Assembly (NCBI GenBank): GCA_000182565.2
Contig: KQ257460.1
Origin: Spizellomyces punctatus DAOM BR117
Lineage: Eukaryota
DNA length: 64,000 bases
Strand: one strand, 5' to 3'
Part shown: positions 24,790 through 36,064 of the stretch, piece by piece
How positions within the stretch are numbered: position 1 is the first letter of the stretch
Layout: each line of letters opens with the position of its first letter
Program-made: the position numbers and the translations under genes
The notes under the pieces: generated by a model
Told to the model about the DNA's origin: nothing
The model's database searches: none
The model's input: only the letters and a program-made list of their open reading frames with translations

Positions 24790-27700
24790 ATGCTCGATCG
24801 TCCAGCGAGACAACGTATCCACCGCCATATTCGAACTAAATTCCTTCTCAAGAAGGGGGCAAATGGTGGTGCTAATGATGATGACGGGGACAGACTCCCA
24901 GAACTTCCTCCGGGTCAGATGCAGTTGCATAGCTTCTACGCTCCGGCACTCCTGTCTTCACCTATTCCCTACAAGATCGACGTAACTCAAGTCATCGAAG
25001 CCGATTCCCAGCAAAAGTTGCTCAAGAGTACGCAAACATTTGAGGTGGTCGCTCCCAGGTTTACGCTTGATGCAACCACACAAATCCACTCGCAATATCC
25101 TCCAAACGGACATGCGGATTATGGTACAATACTCCCACACGTCGTTTTGACTGATCCCCACTTGCCGTGGGAACGACAGCCCAGTGTAAATGCTGTTCCT
25201 ACAGAGGCAGGCAAAGAGCGGAATCGCACGCCCTGGCTCGCGTTAGTTGTCTTTGAAACTAGTGAGCTGCAGCTGCCGCTGGCGACCACACCGCCATTGA
25301 TCACCTTCCCGTCCGACGTCACACCCAAGCAATCCAGCACAATGAGTATCAACATGACAATCTCGCAGCTCCGCGCGACGCAGGATATCGTCCATCCTCT
25401 TCCTGCAAATGACAGCACCATCGATCCATCCACAAAGTTAGACGTAATATTCCTCGACCCGAATCTTTTCACCGCTCTCGTATCTTCCTCCCCGGCAAGT
25501 TCAAAGCCCAACTTGGATCGCTACCAACATCTTGCCCATTCGCGTAATGTTAACACAAAATACACTGCGTCGTCGGGTCTTTCCTCGGATAACGGCACAT
25601 TTTCGATCGTCGTGTCTCACCGTACGGGCCCGTTGTCTCTCGACAAGCCGACAAGCTGTGCAGTACACCTCCTTTCCTTGGAGGGTTGGGAGGACAACAT
25701 AACTTTGCCTATTAATTCGACAGCTGTGAGCAGGGTTGCTGTAATCAGTTTGTACAGCTGGAATTACACTTGTCTCCCTCCGCAAAGTATAAATTTCCAT
25801 CAGCTCATGGTCAACCTCGGAGACGAAGCTAAGGGTGGCTACGGGCTGCTTCGTAACTCCATGGATCGCGCAAGCCCTCTAATCAAAGATCGGCTAAACG
25901 ACGGGTACACTCTTCTCAGGTATCGCCTCGCATCCGGAGACGAGACTATCGCCTTCATGCGAGGGCCGTTAACACCTACGTTGGTGCCGTGTCCCCTGAC
26001 ACCCACCTGGCCAACGCATTCATTCTTTTCCACCGATCTTCAAATTTTGGATACCAAACTTGGCGTTATGGACATCACTTATAGTGCAGCATGGCAGCTG
26101 GGGCGTACGCTTGCAATAGCCGACCAGGCCTTTTCCGCTGCGCTAATGCGACTCCGCTCCTCTTTGCACAGTGCTGCTCAGAAGGCCGTGAAGAACGAAA
26201 TCGGTTTGCGTCTGGGGACCTACAAAGGAAAGATGGATAATTTTGAAGCATTGCAGCACGCCGTTGAAGGCTTGAAGGGACTGCACAACGATACCATTGG
26301 GAAGAATGGACCGGACCATCTGAGGAGGTGGTATAGACCATTAGCACAGGCTTCATCGGGCAATGGTACGAACAGCCCTGTTGTTGCACCCATGCCCAAA
26401 GGTCATGCTGCTCTTCGCCTCCACTCCTCCTATTTGCCACATCTCAAGAATCATCTGGTAAAACATGCTCTACTCGATCACAAACACTGTTCAATGAACA
26501 TAATGGTCCCCCGAACTCCAGCGATTGGTCGCTTATCCTCACCTGGCTGCTTGATAAGCTCTACCTACACAATATACCCGCACACTACTTGATACCTGAC
26601 CCTGCCTTTTTGGGCAAAGAAAGCTTGCGCTTCTTTTATATCGATCGGAATTGGACAGACGCTTTGATCGACGGCGCATTGAGTATCGCAAATCATATGG
26701 ACCCGGATGATCAAGTCCGCACGCAAATAAAAGAAATGCTGAAAACGTATTTAAGCACACCCATCGATCCACAAATTGCTAACTATCCGCCCCAGCTCCC
26801 TGTGTACGGCTTCCTACTCCGCTCGGCAATTGTAACCGCCTGGCCGGACCTTGAAGTCCACGCGCCATGGACTGATGCCGCAGCTCAAGCTCGCCGTCTC
26901 GAGGTCATCAGATTGGAAAATATAGCAAAAGATACCATGCTATGCTTACTGGATCGTGCGCCCCAGCCCGGCGGGCAGCTACAGTCCATTCGCTTAAGTC
27001 AACCGGCCCATCAGCAATATTTCGAACTGGATGTAGATGCCCACGAAGAGAGAGCAGCGATGGAGGTAAAGTTTATCGATACCATAAACAAAGGTGCAAC
27101 TTCCCAGACTGGGACGGCGGTTCCCCTAAAGGGTGACGCGGGCAAGCCGGGAGGCTACCTGGAATGGAAGAAAGGAGATGATAAGCCGCAAGTCTTTAAC
27201 TGGGATTCCAGAACGGTTGTTCTGCCATCCCTAGAAAAGGCGATCTTAGATGTCTTAATGCCCTACGACACGATTTTTAAGGATGACACAATGACGGCAG
27301 CGTACATGGGTGTACAGCTTAACTCCCCTATGTTGAATCTTATTTTTGGCAATGGCGAGGTCAGATCGTCCTCAGCAGAAATTCGCGTAGAGCATCCGGC
27401 AAGTAGCGTAAGTCCCGCGCTGTCAGATACGTCAGGTGGAGTCAATCAGGATAGTGCGAACCGAGAATACCTAGAAAGCAAGACATCATCGAAGGACGGC
27501 AGCCTGATAGGGCCTGCTGCTGGTCACAACAACGGATCACTTTCAAGCTCCTTGGGTGCAACTGCAATCCAATTTGATTACCAATGCTTTGACTCTCTCA
27601 CCGGTTCGCTCTCTGTCGGGCAGAATTCACCAAAAGACCTAGTCTTCCACATCACTCCCAGGCAAGCTGGCGCCCCAACCGATTGGCTATTCCTTGAAGC

Positions 27701-27875
27701 GAAGATTAAGATTCCTCGAGGGGAGCAGGCTACGGATCTCATCCTGCCCTATGCTGGGACGGGAGCTCGCATGATCAGTAATCAACGGTTCAATGTGAAA
27801 ATTGAACATGAAAGCAATTACCTCGTCTGTCGCATATTACCCCGATCGACGAGGGTGTGGGTCTTCAACGCATAA
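24790..27875 (+). CDS. Module gene B: about 1000-aa uncharacterised protein (frame change near 26.4 kb; 3' end next to the assembly gap)
   Basis: ORFs 24790-26592 and 26589-27875 read as one protein: FYAPAL, VAPRFTL, LPHVVLTDPHLPWER, PWLALVVF, HLLSLEG, ISLYSWNY, RGPLTP, DITYSAAWQLGRTLAIAD, then WLLDKLYLHNIPAHYLIPDP...ESLRFFYIDRNWTDALIDGALS and GFLLRSAIVTAWPDL. They are joined either by a possible intron (26366-26448) or by a 1-nt indel. Confidence 0.8.
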
Positions 27876-27905
27876 TTTGGCGACTGGTCATTCATTCTGA
27901 ACGTG

Positions 27906-28195
27906 NNNNNNNNNNNNNNNNNNNNNNNNNNNNNNNNNNNNNNNNNNNNNNNNNNNNNNNNNNNNNNNNNNNNNNNNNNNNNNNNNNNNNNNNNNNNNNN
28001 NNNNNNNNNNNNNNNNNNNNNNNNNNNNNNNNNNNNNNNNNNNNNNNNNNNNNNNNNNNNNNNNNNNNNNNNNNNNNNNNNNNNNNNNNNNNNNNNNNNN
28101 NNNNNNNNNNNNNNNNNNNNNNNNNNNNNNNNNNNNNNNNNNNNNNNNNNNNNNNNNNNNNNNNNNNNNNNNNNNNNNNNNNNNNNNNNNNNNNN
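27906..28195. other. Assembly gap (290 N)
   Basis: Run of N. Confidence 1.
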
Positions 28196-28252
28196 TTCAG
28201 ACAGCGTCAAACAAACATGCTATCAATATCCACAACGAACTATATAAACACA

Positions 28253-31200
28253 TTAAGCTGCCATAAGGAGGGGGGCTGCCATATAGATATCGTAGAACTC
28301 ATTAAACATGACCACAGGTTTTTCAGGGCTTAGAGTAGTGACCCATCCCGTAGTATCGTGCCATGCATCAATCAGGGATTTGCGGCTAGGAATTTTATCG
28401 TCGCTGCTCCAGATCGTGTACACTTTGTCAAACTGCTCTGGACTAACTACTTGTGCATCTCCTGGTGTCAATAGCGGGGGTTGAGGAAGCCAAGACGGTT
28501 GCGATTGCGTCGTAGGAGGCAGCTTTGGATGCGCGCCGTTGTAAACGTCATACGACATCGCGCTTGCGGCATCGAACGCAGGGAAAGGTTTGTCCGGATC
28601 GGACAGCTTCGGCGGAGGAGCTGACACCGTAATGCCGATCAACGCTTCCATGGTGGTTTCCGTGTGATCCGAATGATCCAGAAGGGTGTCAATCCGATCT
28701 CCACTACTGGGATCTTCATTTGGAGAGTCTACAGAAACCAATGCAAGAGAAATAACGTTAGAAGGCCCGTACTGTGTAAGGAAGAATGACTGGAGATCCT
28801 ACATTTTCCCCAGTTACCCGTCGGCACTTGTTTCCAGATGGGGCTGAATTGGAATCCGCTTACAACTTCTGATGTGGGGCCTGTGACAGATACGTCCAGG
28901 ACGGAACTCAAGGGTGATTGGAGTTGCATTGGCTTGGCAAAGACATTCCTTCCAACCTGTACGGGATTCGCCTGATCCTGACGATAGGTAACCGCAGAAA
29001 CAAGGAATTTACTCTCGATTCGGAAGCGCAGGATGCCAGCACGAACACTCCATTGGGCCCCTCCTTCTGTCACCATATCCTTCTTGTGATTAGGTTCGTA
29101 ACCACTTTCAACAGTCAAGCGGTGGTCTGCTGTTTTGTCATCAGTTAAATTCAGGTTTGGGTCTCCAGCTCGTAGAGACTTTGGAGTATTTGTATCCTGC
29201 TGCAGGAGAAGCTGCCAGAACTCCTCGAGTTTAAGCGCCGGTGGCCTACCGGGTCGTGGTCCAAAATGTATATCAAATCCAAACACCCAAAAGTCAACAT
29301 GGACAACTCCTCCAAACTCGGGACCTTCCAGCTCGAGCATGGCGCCAATGTCAACCCGGATATGGATCGTACAAATCCAGAGGTCCAAGGTGAATGCTAC
29401 ACCGACAGATATGCCGATGCTACCTAAACAGAGGGCGAAGAGGATTTGCAATGCATCTTTTCTGAAAGTGGAGGTTTGAACTTACCCTTAAAATGGAATG
29501 GGGCCCAGTTGATGAGAAAGTCGGCATGCTCCTCGAAATGGGCTGACAGTGGCCCGCAAGACAGCACCGCAGCGAGGCGCCCTCCACCCATGCACATTTT
29601 TGGAGTTACTGCAAAATAGGCCTCTCCTGTAACAGATAGGTTGCGGTCGAGCTGCCAAGATATACCGAGCCGCTTTGGGTTCGGATAATAGGATGGCCGG
29701 ACGAATGCTGGATGATATCCTCCGATTGTAAAGACAAAGTCTCCGGCTTGCAAAGAAGGCGAGAACCAATAGTACAGTGCAAAACCACCTCTCAAATGGC
29801 AGGACGGATGGAGGACGAATGAATTTGGCGATAGCTCTGCCTCAACTGACATGAAGCCAGCATGCAGCTCAACGCGACAGCTTATCTCCAGTTCAGCATA
29901 CACAAAGCAATTCTGTCTTGGCGTCTTGGCTGGAACACTACATATTGCCTTCGCGAATACGCCGAGGGAGACGTACGGGTTGAACTCCAAGACCACCAAA
30001 GCTTGAACATCTAATACTTGGAATGCTGTCACCTCCAAGCCAGCAGCTATCCAAAGCGACTTCTCCTGGGGTGAAATCCAACCACCTGGTGTCGAGTTCA
30101 AAGATTCGAGCAGCACCATAGGGTCATTTCCTGGCATCGGAACGTTGTTGCCAATCAAGGGAAATGACATTACCTGGTCGACGCTGGGGTATTTCAGATT
30201 CGAATTGTAGCCAAATCCAAGGCTAATGCCTGTGATTTCGGCAAATTCGAGTTCGATCAAAGGACCATTCAGTTTGGCAAAAACAAAGAAAGTTTTGAAA
30301 GTCGCAGTGCTCGGGTGGGTCGCATCGTGAGCCTTCCCGTAAGATCCAAACGCAAGGAAAGAATATGGCGCTATCGCTATGACGACACCACCATTATACT
30401 GTTCGACATCAGGGGAAGACGTTTTCTGAAAAATTCCAGCGATTGTGACTGGAGGTTGCATATACTCAACCCCAAGGCCAGATAGGGTAATATCGAGATC
30501 AGGGTTGGAGAAGTCAGTGAGGGCAGACAGATTCACGCCGATTCCGAATCCGAGTAGTGCCATCTCGATCGGTCCTATGTGGACTGATGCGTCAAGCAGC
30601 ACGTAGAGTTTCTTGTTTTTGTATTGCAAGCCAATATTCTCAACGGACAAGATCCCGTCAGATTTGTGGAGCGGCGACTTTGTCGCTCCAGCATCTTCCG
30701 TATCTCCATCTGGTGTTCTCCCAGAACGGAGCGTATTCGCTTTCGCGCTTCCTGTTTGCTTCCCAAAAACGTAGTCCAATACGACACCGCTGTTGCTCTC
30801 TGTAAGCAGGACATGGGATCCTGGCAGTAACACAACATCAGTTTTCTTTGGGCTAACGCTTGTTAACTTGTATTTTAGGTAAGAATAAGGATCAGGAACA
30901 GCTGTATTGATCACACAGACATCATCAGCGGTTAACCCCATGCTGTTCTCCGAAGGTTGGATCCACAGATACTCTATTTCATCGACAGGCATGGAGAACG
31001 AGGGCACTAGAGGTACAGAGTGTGGAGTCGGAATACCCAGAACACAGTGGACCATGCGCTTCGGAGGAGCGGTCATGTCGGTATTTTGGATTTGAATCAA
31101 CGAAAGATGGAAGTCTTTCGTAGGAGATAATAAAGCATATAGGACGATGCTGTTTGAGGTCGTTGACTTTGAACAACCTAACGAGAGATTGAAGCTATCT

Positions 31201-34200
31201 CGATCAAGCTCAATGTTGTTCACAAGGTCAGGTAATAAGTCGGTATTCCCAAAATATCCAGCTAGTACTTTCCCAGCGGTCAAGTCCGTTGGGACGGCAC
31301 GAGGATCGTCTTTTCGCAGATCAGCTTTAAAGCTCCAAGTCTTGTCTTTCTGATACGCGTAGGTGAAAGTAAGTCTGACCCCGCCAATATCCAGGGTACC
31401 ATCAAACGTGAAGTTGCTTCCAGTATCCTTCTCGTAATCATATTGCAAACCAAGATGCGGCACCCGTATGTGCTCAAGGAGGCTCATAACGGCTTGACCG
31501 TCGTCAAAGAAACTGTATAGCACTCCTAGGTTTACGTCAAACGCCTCACCAGTCAATTGCCACTTCCCGTCATTAAAGGAAAGGGCAACCGACATGGAAG
31601 TACTGCCAGCACTGCTATCCTTCTTATCCTCCTTCGGTCTCGGCGAGAGGGTAATGTCGGCATGCAAAGATAGTGACAGACTTTTTTTCCTCCAATCATA
31701 TCTTGCCTGAAGATCCACTTCATCAAGTGAAATGGGTGTCCAGTTTTTACCGCCATTGTCCGTTGCCACACTTGGCTCATCCGCAAGGATAATACCTGAA
31801 AAAGCGATACTATCCGGGTCGATGGAAAGGGTCGCCAGAATGACATCAGTTGGGAGACCTGGCGGCTTTGTAACAGCACCCTTTGCATTGGGATTCAAGT
31901 TAGCGAGGCATATCGAGGAGCTATACGACTCGCCAGGACCGAGTGGGCTCGGAGTCAGAAGGCGATAGTCCTCGTAGTCTGGTAGCTTCTGCAGCAATTC
32001 CACAAAAGGTTGATCAGGTACCATCCAAAGCGAGCCGCTAAACGAGTTTTTAGGCCAAGTATATGAAAGGAGGAATACTGGCTTTTCCCTTTCCGTATTT
32101 CCTCCAAATTTGAGGATCAGCTCGAAGTCAATAGTGAATTCAGACGGCTTCAGGTTGTTGTCGATGGCTATGTGTGCGCGTAGGAGCCTCAATGATCCGT
32201 GGTCGTTCGGTATCCATTTATCTACATCAATTGTTCCGGATGAGCAAGTGCTTGCGAGCCATTGTAGTATTTGAGACAGAGCAATTCCGTCGCGCCATTG
32301 CAAGGTCAAGATTGTGACGTCCGGGTTATAATCCAGAAAAGCGTCCATTTCAAAATCTTTTGCCTTGAGCGTCATCGACAAGATAAGCTCCGGGACGCTT
32401 TCAACCACAATACCGTCGCTATAAGGACAAGATGTCATCGTCTTGCGGGCTACTACCTTTGCCCCAGTTACCGAGACTGCGCCAGAAAAAATCGTTCCAA
32501 TGGCGCCGTTGATCTTGTTTATGGTTTCCGCTGTTGCACTCGCTTCAAGCCTGATAACAGTCAGATAGTTAGACTGCGGTACGAACCAGAGACAATTCCG
32601 TGACTTTGGATCAACGTTAATTTGGAAAGTCAGATCATCCGCTAACCGCAGCATATTAATCTTCTCTAAATTGAGAAAACGTGCAATATCTTGCATCGAA
32701 CAAGCAAGCACGGCGGTGGTGGGCTGCATGCGGAGATGCAGCATAACCAATTCACTGTCGATACCCTCCCCTGCGCTGTTTGACGTAAAGTATGTTATCT
32801 CTCCATTTGCCGGCTGCCCTGGAAGCCGCAGACCACAAGTGAAAATGACGCCCCCCGTCGAATCAGTAGAAACATATGTTCCGTCAAGTCCGCACCAGCG
32901 TAGCCAGACTGATAGCTCATCTTCGTTCGGATCCAGCGCGGTTCCCGGAAGAGCGGTTACCATTGGCCCTGTCAAAGTCAAATATCCGAATGATAAAGAT
33001 CCTATAAGAACATCCAGAGCCTGTGGCAGCGAGGCTAAGGCGCTTTGCATGCCTGGAACTGGGTCCACATAGCTACTTAAGATAAAGGTCACATTGTCAT
33101 TCGCTACCACATCCGCAGCTGCAAGCGTAACGAGGTTCTCGACCGCTGACGGTGTCGGACCTGTACGGACGGTCGCCGGAACCTCCATCTTTGCGCGGAG
33201 CTCTGAAAGGGACCGGCGCCTTTTCTTGGTAACTTTTCCTATTACGTCAGTAGCTGTTGCAGATGCGATAGGCGCAGCGGCATTAATGCTTGCACGAGCA
33301 GCTGCCCGTGGGGGCTGAACTCTTCTTGGGGGAGGATAGAGTTTCGTAGTCTTAATTTTCCTTCTGAACATAGCTGGAAAAGGAGGTTGGTTCTCGACGC
33401 CAACCACGGTAGATCCGTTATATAAGAGCTGAAGCTTGATGTAGAGCATTGTCGTTGACCCCACAAAAGGGTGATACTCCTTCCCTACTGTGGATAGTGT
33501 TGCCCAAAAGCCCGCTGTTTTTTCGTAAAGCCATGCTTTCATATCCCCAATGGTCGCCTTTGGCTTTGCTAGTCGCTCGGTTTCGAAAGCTGTTTTCAGC
33601 GCATTGCCATCCAGGGCTTTCAGGGCATCTTGGAACTTCACGTTTATTGGATCATTCTCAGTGAACGGATCCAGCGAACCACTTCTGTCAGTATACGCGA
33701 ATGGCCACTTTACGGTGTCAAAGGCTTCCACCAGGTAATATGGGTAGCAAGTCGCGTAGACATTAAAGGTCGGAGGGTTGTTTTTAGCGCGATATGCATC
33801 CAAATAGCATAAAAGTGGCCAGCCTGGATGTCCATATTCTGTGTACGCTGATATAATGATATTACTTGGCTTTAAGCCAGTGATAACCTGCGTTGGTGTG
33901 GAATACGTAGAGCCGTGATGGCTAGCCTTAAGGTTGGGAACCTCCACCGGCCCATCACGGTTGATCCACCGGCAGACCTTGTCCTCCATTGAGTAGTCAG
34001 CATCACCCGCGAGGTAGTGGGCGACACGCACAGGATTGGTAGGCCAGATGACAAGCAAGAAAAGCGAGTACTTGTTCCTCTTTGATGAGTCTGGTTTGTC
34101 CACCACCGTAAACATTGCAGGTCCTAAGCACTGTTCATTGCCAGCCACACAATACAAACCCGGCGCCACTATAGGTCCGTAATCTTTGTTATGGGCTCCT

Positions 34201-34823
34201 ATCAACTCTTTCGGACTTTTAATGTCCTTAGGGCTGGTGGTCGACAAACTACGGTCGCTGAACAGTTCGGTGCCAAGGAAAACGTCAGCGCGGAAACTGT
34301 TCCGCTCCAAAGTCCTGACTTTCACCACGCGTTCGACTTTCGCTTTCGCTGCTATCAGCGACAATTCGTGAGTTTTGGGATCCACTTCCCCGCCCACCAG
34401 TCTAACACCGCCTTTTTCAAGATCGTCATCAGCAGCGTAAGGGGCGTAGAACGTGCTTGTCGGTGCCCCCTTGTCGTCGTATTTAAGACGTGTGCACTGT
34501 GGGGCTGTCGAGCTCAAACCGTCTAGGAGCAAATCAAACAGCCCACGATAGTGATCATCATCCCAATGGGTCAGTACCACAGCATCGAATTTCAACAGAG
34601 CGGTAGAGTCCGCAGCGTACGGTAGATACTTCTGTTCTATATCCTTGATAGCATTCTTGATTACTTGGTAGGCGTTAGGGCTTTGGCCTCCATCTGCCAG
34701 TACGGCCGCCTTGACGGTGCCAGAGATGACCCAAGTGGTGGTAGTGGTATCGACGAGCAAGTATATCGTGCTATCGCCGGTTCCTATATTAACATGAAAT
34801 ACATCTACACGGGTATTGTCCAT
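28253..34823 (-). CDS. Module gene C: about 2144-aa protein with an N-terminal ComEC/Rec2-type metallo-beta-lactamase domain, a beta-rich middle and a C-terminal DUF6603-like domain (exons 34823-29486, 29423-28803, 28728-28253)
   Basis: MBL motifs NIGTGDS, VLADGG, LTHWDDDHYRG, LAGDA, LKASHHGS and ISAYTEYGHP. DUF6603-like motifs ITGISLGFGYNS, WIAAGL, GDFVFTIGGYHP and GEAYFAVTPKMCMGGGRL. Introns at 29424-29485 and 28729-28802 give an in-frame 6435-nt CDS. Confidence 0.9.
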
Positions 34824-35046
34824 TATATCTCGTTGAATTCCTGCACCAGTCCGGGTCTCGTCCGCGTGTCGGTCAGTGACTGGACGGCCAAATAACGACT
34901 ATCCAACTCAACTTGGCCGACGCGGCTCAGCCAACACACGCGCGCGCGATGATGCGCGAGGGCAACCTTCCACCCGCCCCTTGATCACGAAAGACCTCCT
35001 TAGTATGCTCTTTGGCTCGCGCCTGCTAATCAGTTCGTCGCATAAA

Positions 35047-36064
35047 ATGTCTGCTCCTCGCCGCCACTGGTTTCGACTCTTGGTCATAAGTCTCATAACC
35101 ATTACACCGGCGATCCTCCTCTGCGTTGCCTTGTACAGTATCATGATCTTGCTTTTGCACTGCTAGTCTGTAAATACCGGAGTTAGAATACTAAAAATCA
35201 TTTTCACCAAAGGTCTTTCACCTATGTGACAACCACGTCTGCAGAATGGGCGAAGCAAGCTGTTTTTTCTGGGGTCATATATCAAGGGGATAACATGTAA
35301 GTCTCTCCCAGGTGCTAGAATCCTCCCTCAAGTCAGTGAGACCGATGAAATTTCGTCCGCGGGCGGGGTTGGGATTATTCGCGTAGAACGTATGCTCCGT
35401 CCTTGTTTTCCGTTAACGCTGGTCTCTTTTCTCATCAAGGCGCGGCCCCTTAAAAAACTGTATACTGCTGACGGATCCGAGTCGACTTGCCTGCTCGGGC
35501 CCCTTGTGCTCTGTCGCGTCGAGGGATTCCCCCCCATTCTGTGTGCAGGCACGATGGGCAAAGAATTTCTGCATTGCGGCCTGCGTGCTTGTTAGCCTCG
35601 GCGTACTAGGGATTTTGGTCTTGACTGTTATCAAATTAGTCCACTTGAAGCGGGATTTCAAACACGGTGGTCGTCGAATTCGAAAAACTCACCCTGCGTT
35701 GGCTTTTCTCGCCTTCCTGGTTACAATCCTCAACGTTTTCAGTATTTTATGCCTCCTGGCTGCCCTTCTTGTCGGCGGCAACGCTTTTCTCAATCTCCAG
35801 CCACCAAACGGGAACTTTGCAACCGATCTGGTGATACCCGATTCAACCGTAGCCTGGCTACCTGGAAAAGGGATGACGTTTGGGTTGGTGGCCTGGATCC
35901 TTGGAGTATTGGGTATCTCGGCGGGAACTGTGGTATTTGATATGCCAAAATCTCAGAATGAATGGGGACTGTTGCCTCCAAAAGACCCCCATGAAAGACA
36001 AATTGACATTATCGTTGAGGAAGATGAGCTAGAACACCATCGTGACAGCATCGATGTTGCATAA
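35047..36064 (+). CDS. Four-TM membrane protein, claudin/SUR7-PalI-like, spliced
   Basis: N-terminal TM (LLVISLITITPAILLCVAL), a Cys-containing loop (GPLKNCILL...LAC...LC...FC), three further TMs in ORF 35504-36064 and an acidic tail. Exon boundaries are approximate. Confidence 0.55.

Noticed and set aside
27818-28333. ORFs containing X runs
   Set aside because: Artefacts of the N gap.
20263-34823. Bacterial contamination explaining the large ORFs
   Set aside because: Canonical spliceosomal introns restore the frames in A and C, the orientation is non-operonic, and the genes are contiguous with fungal DNA.
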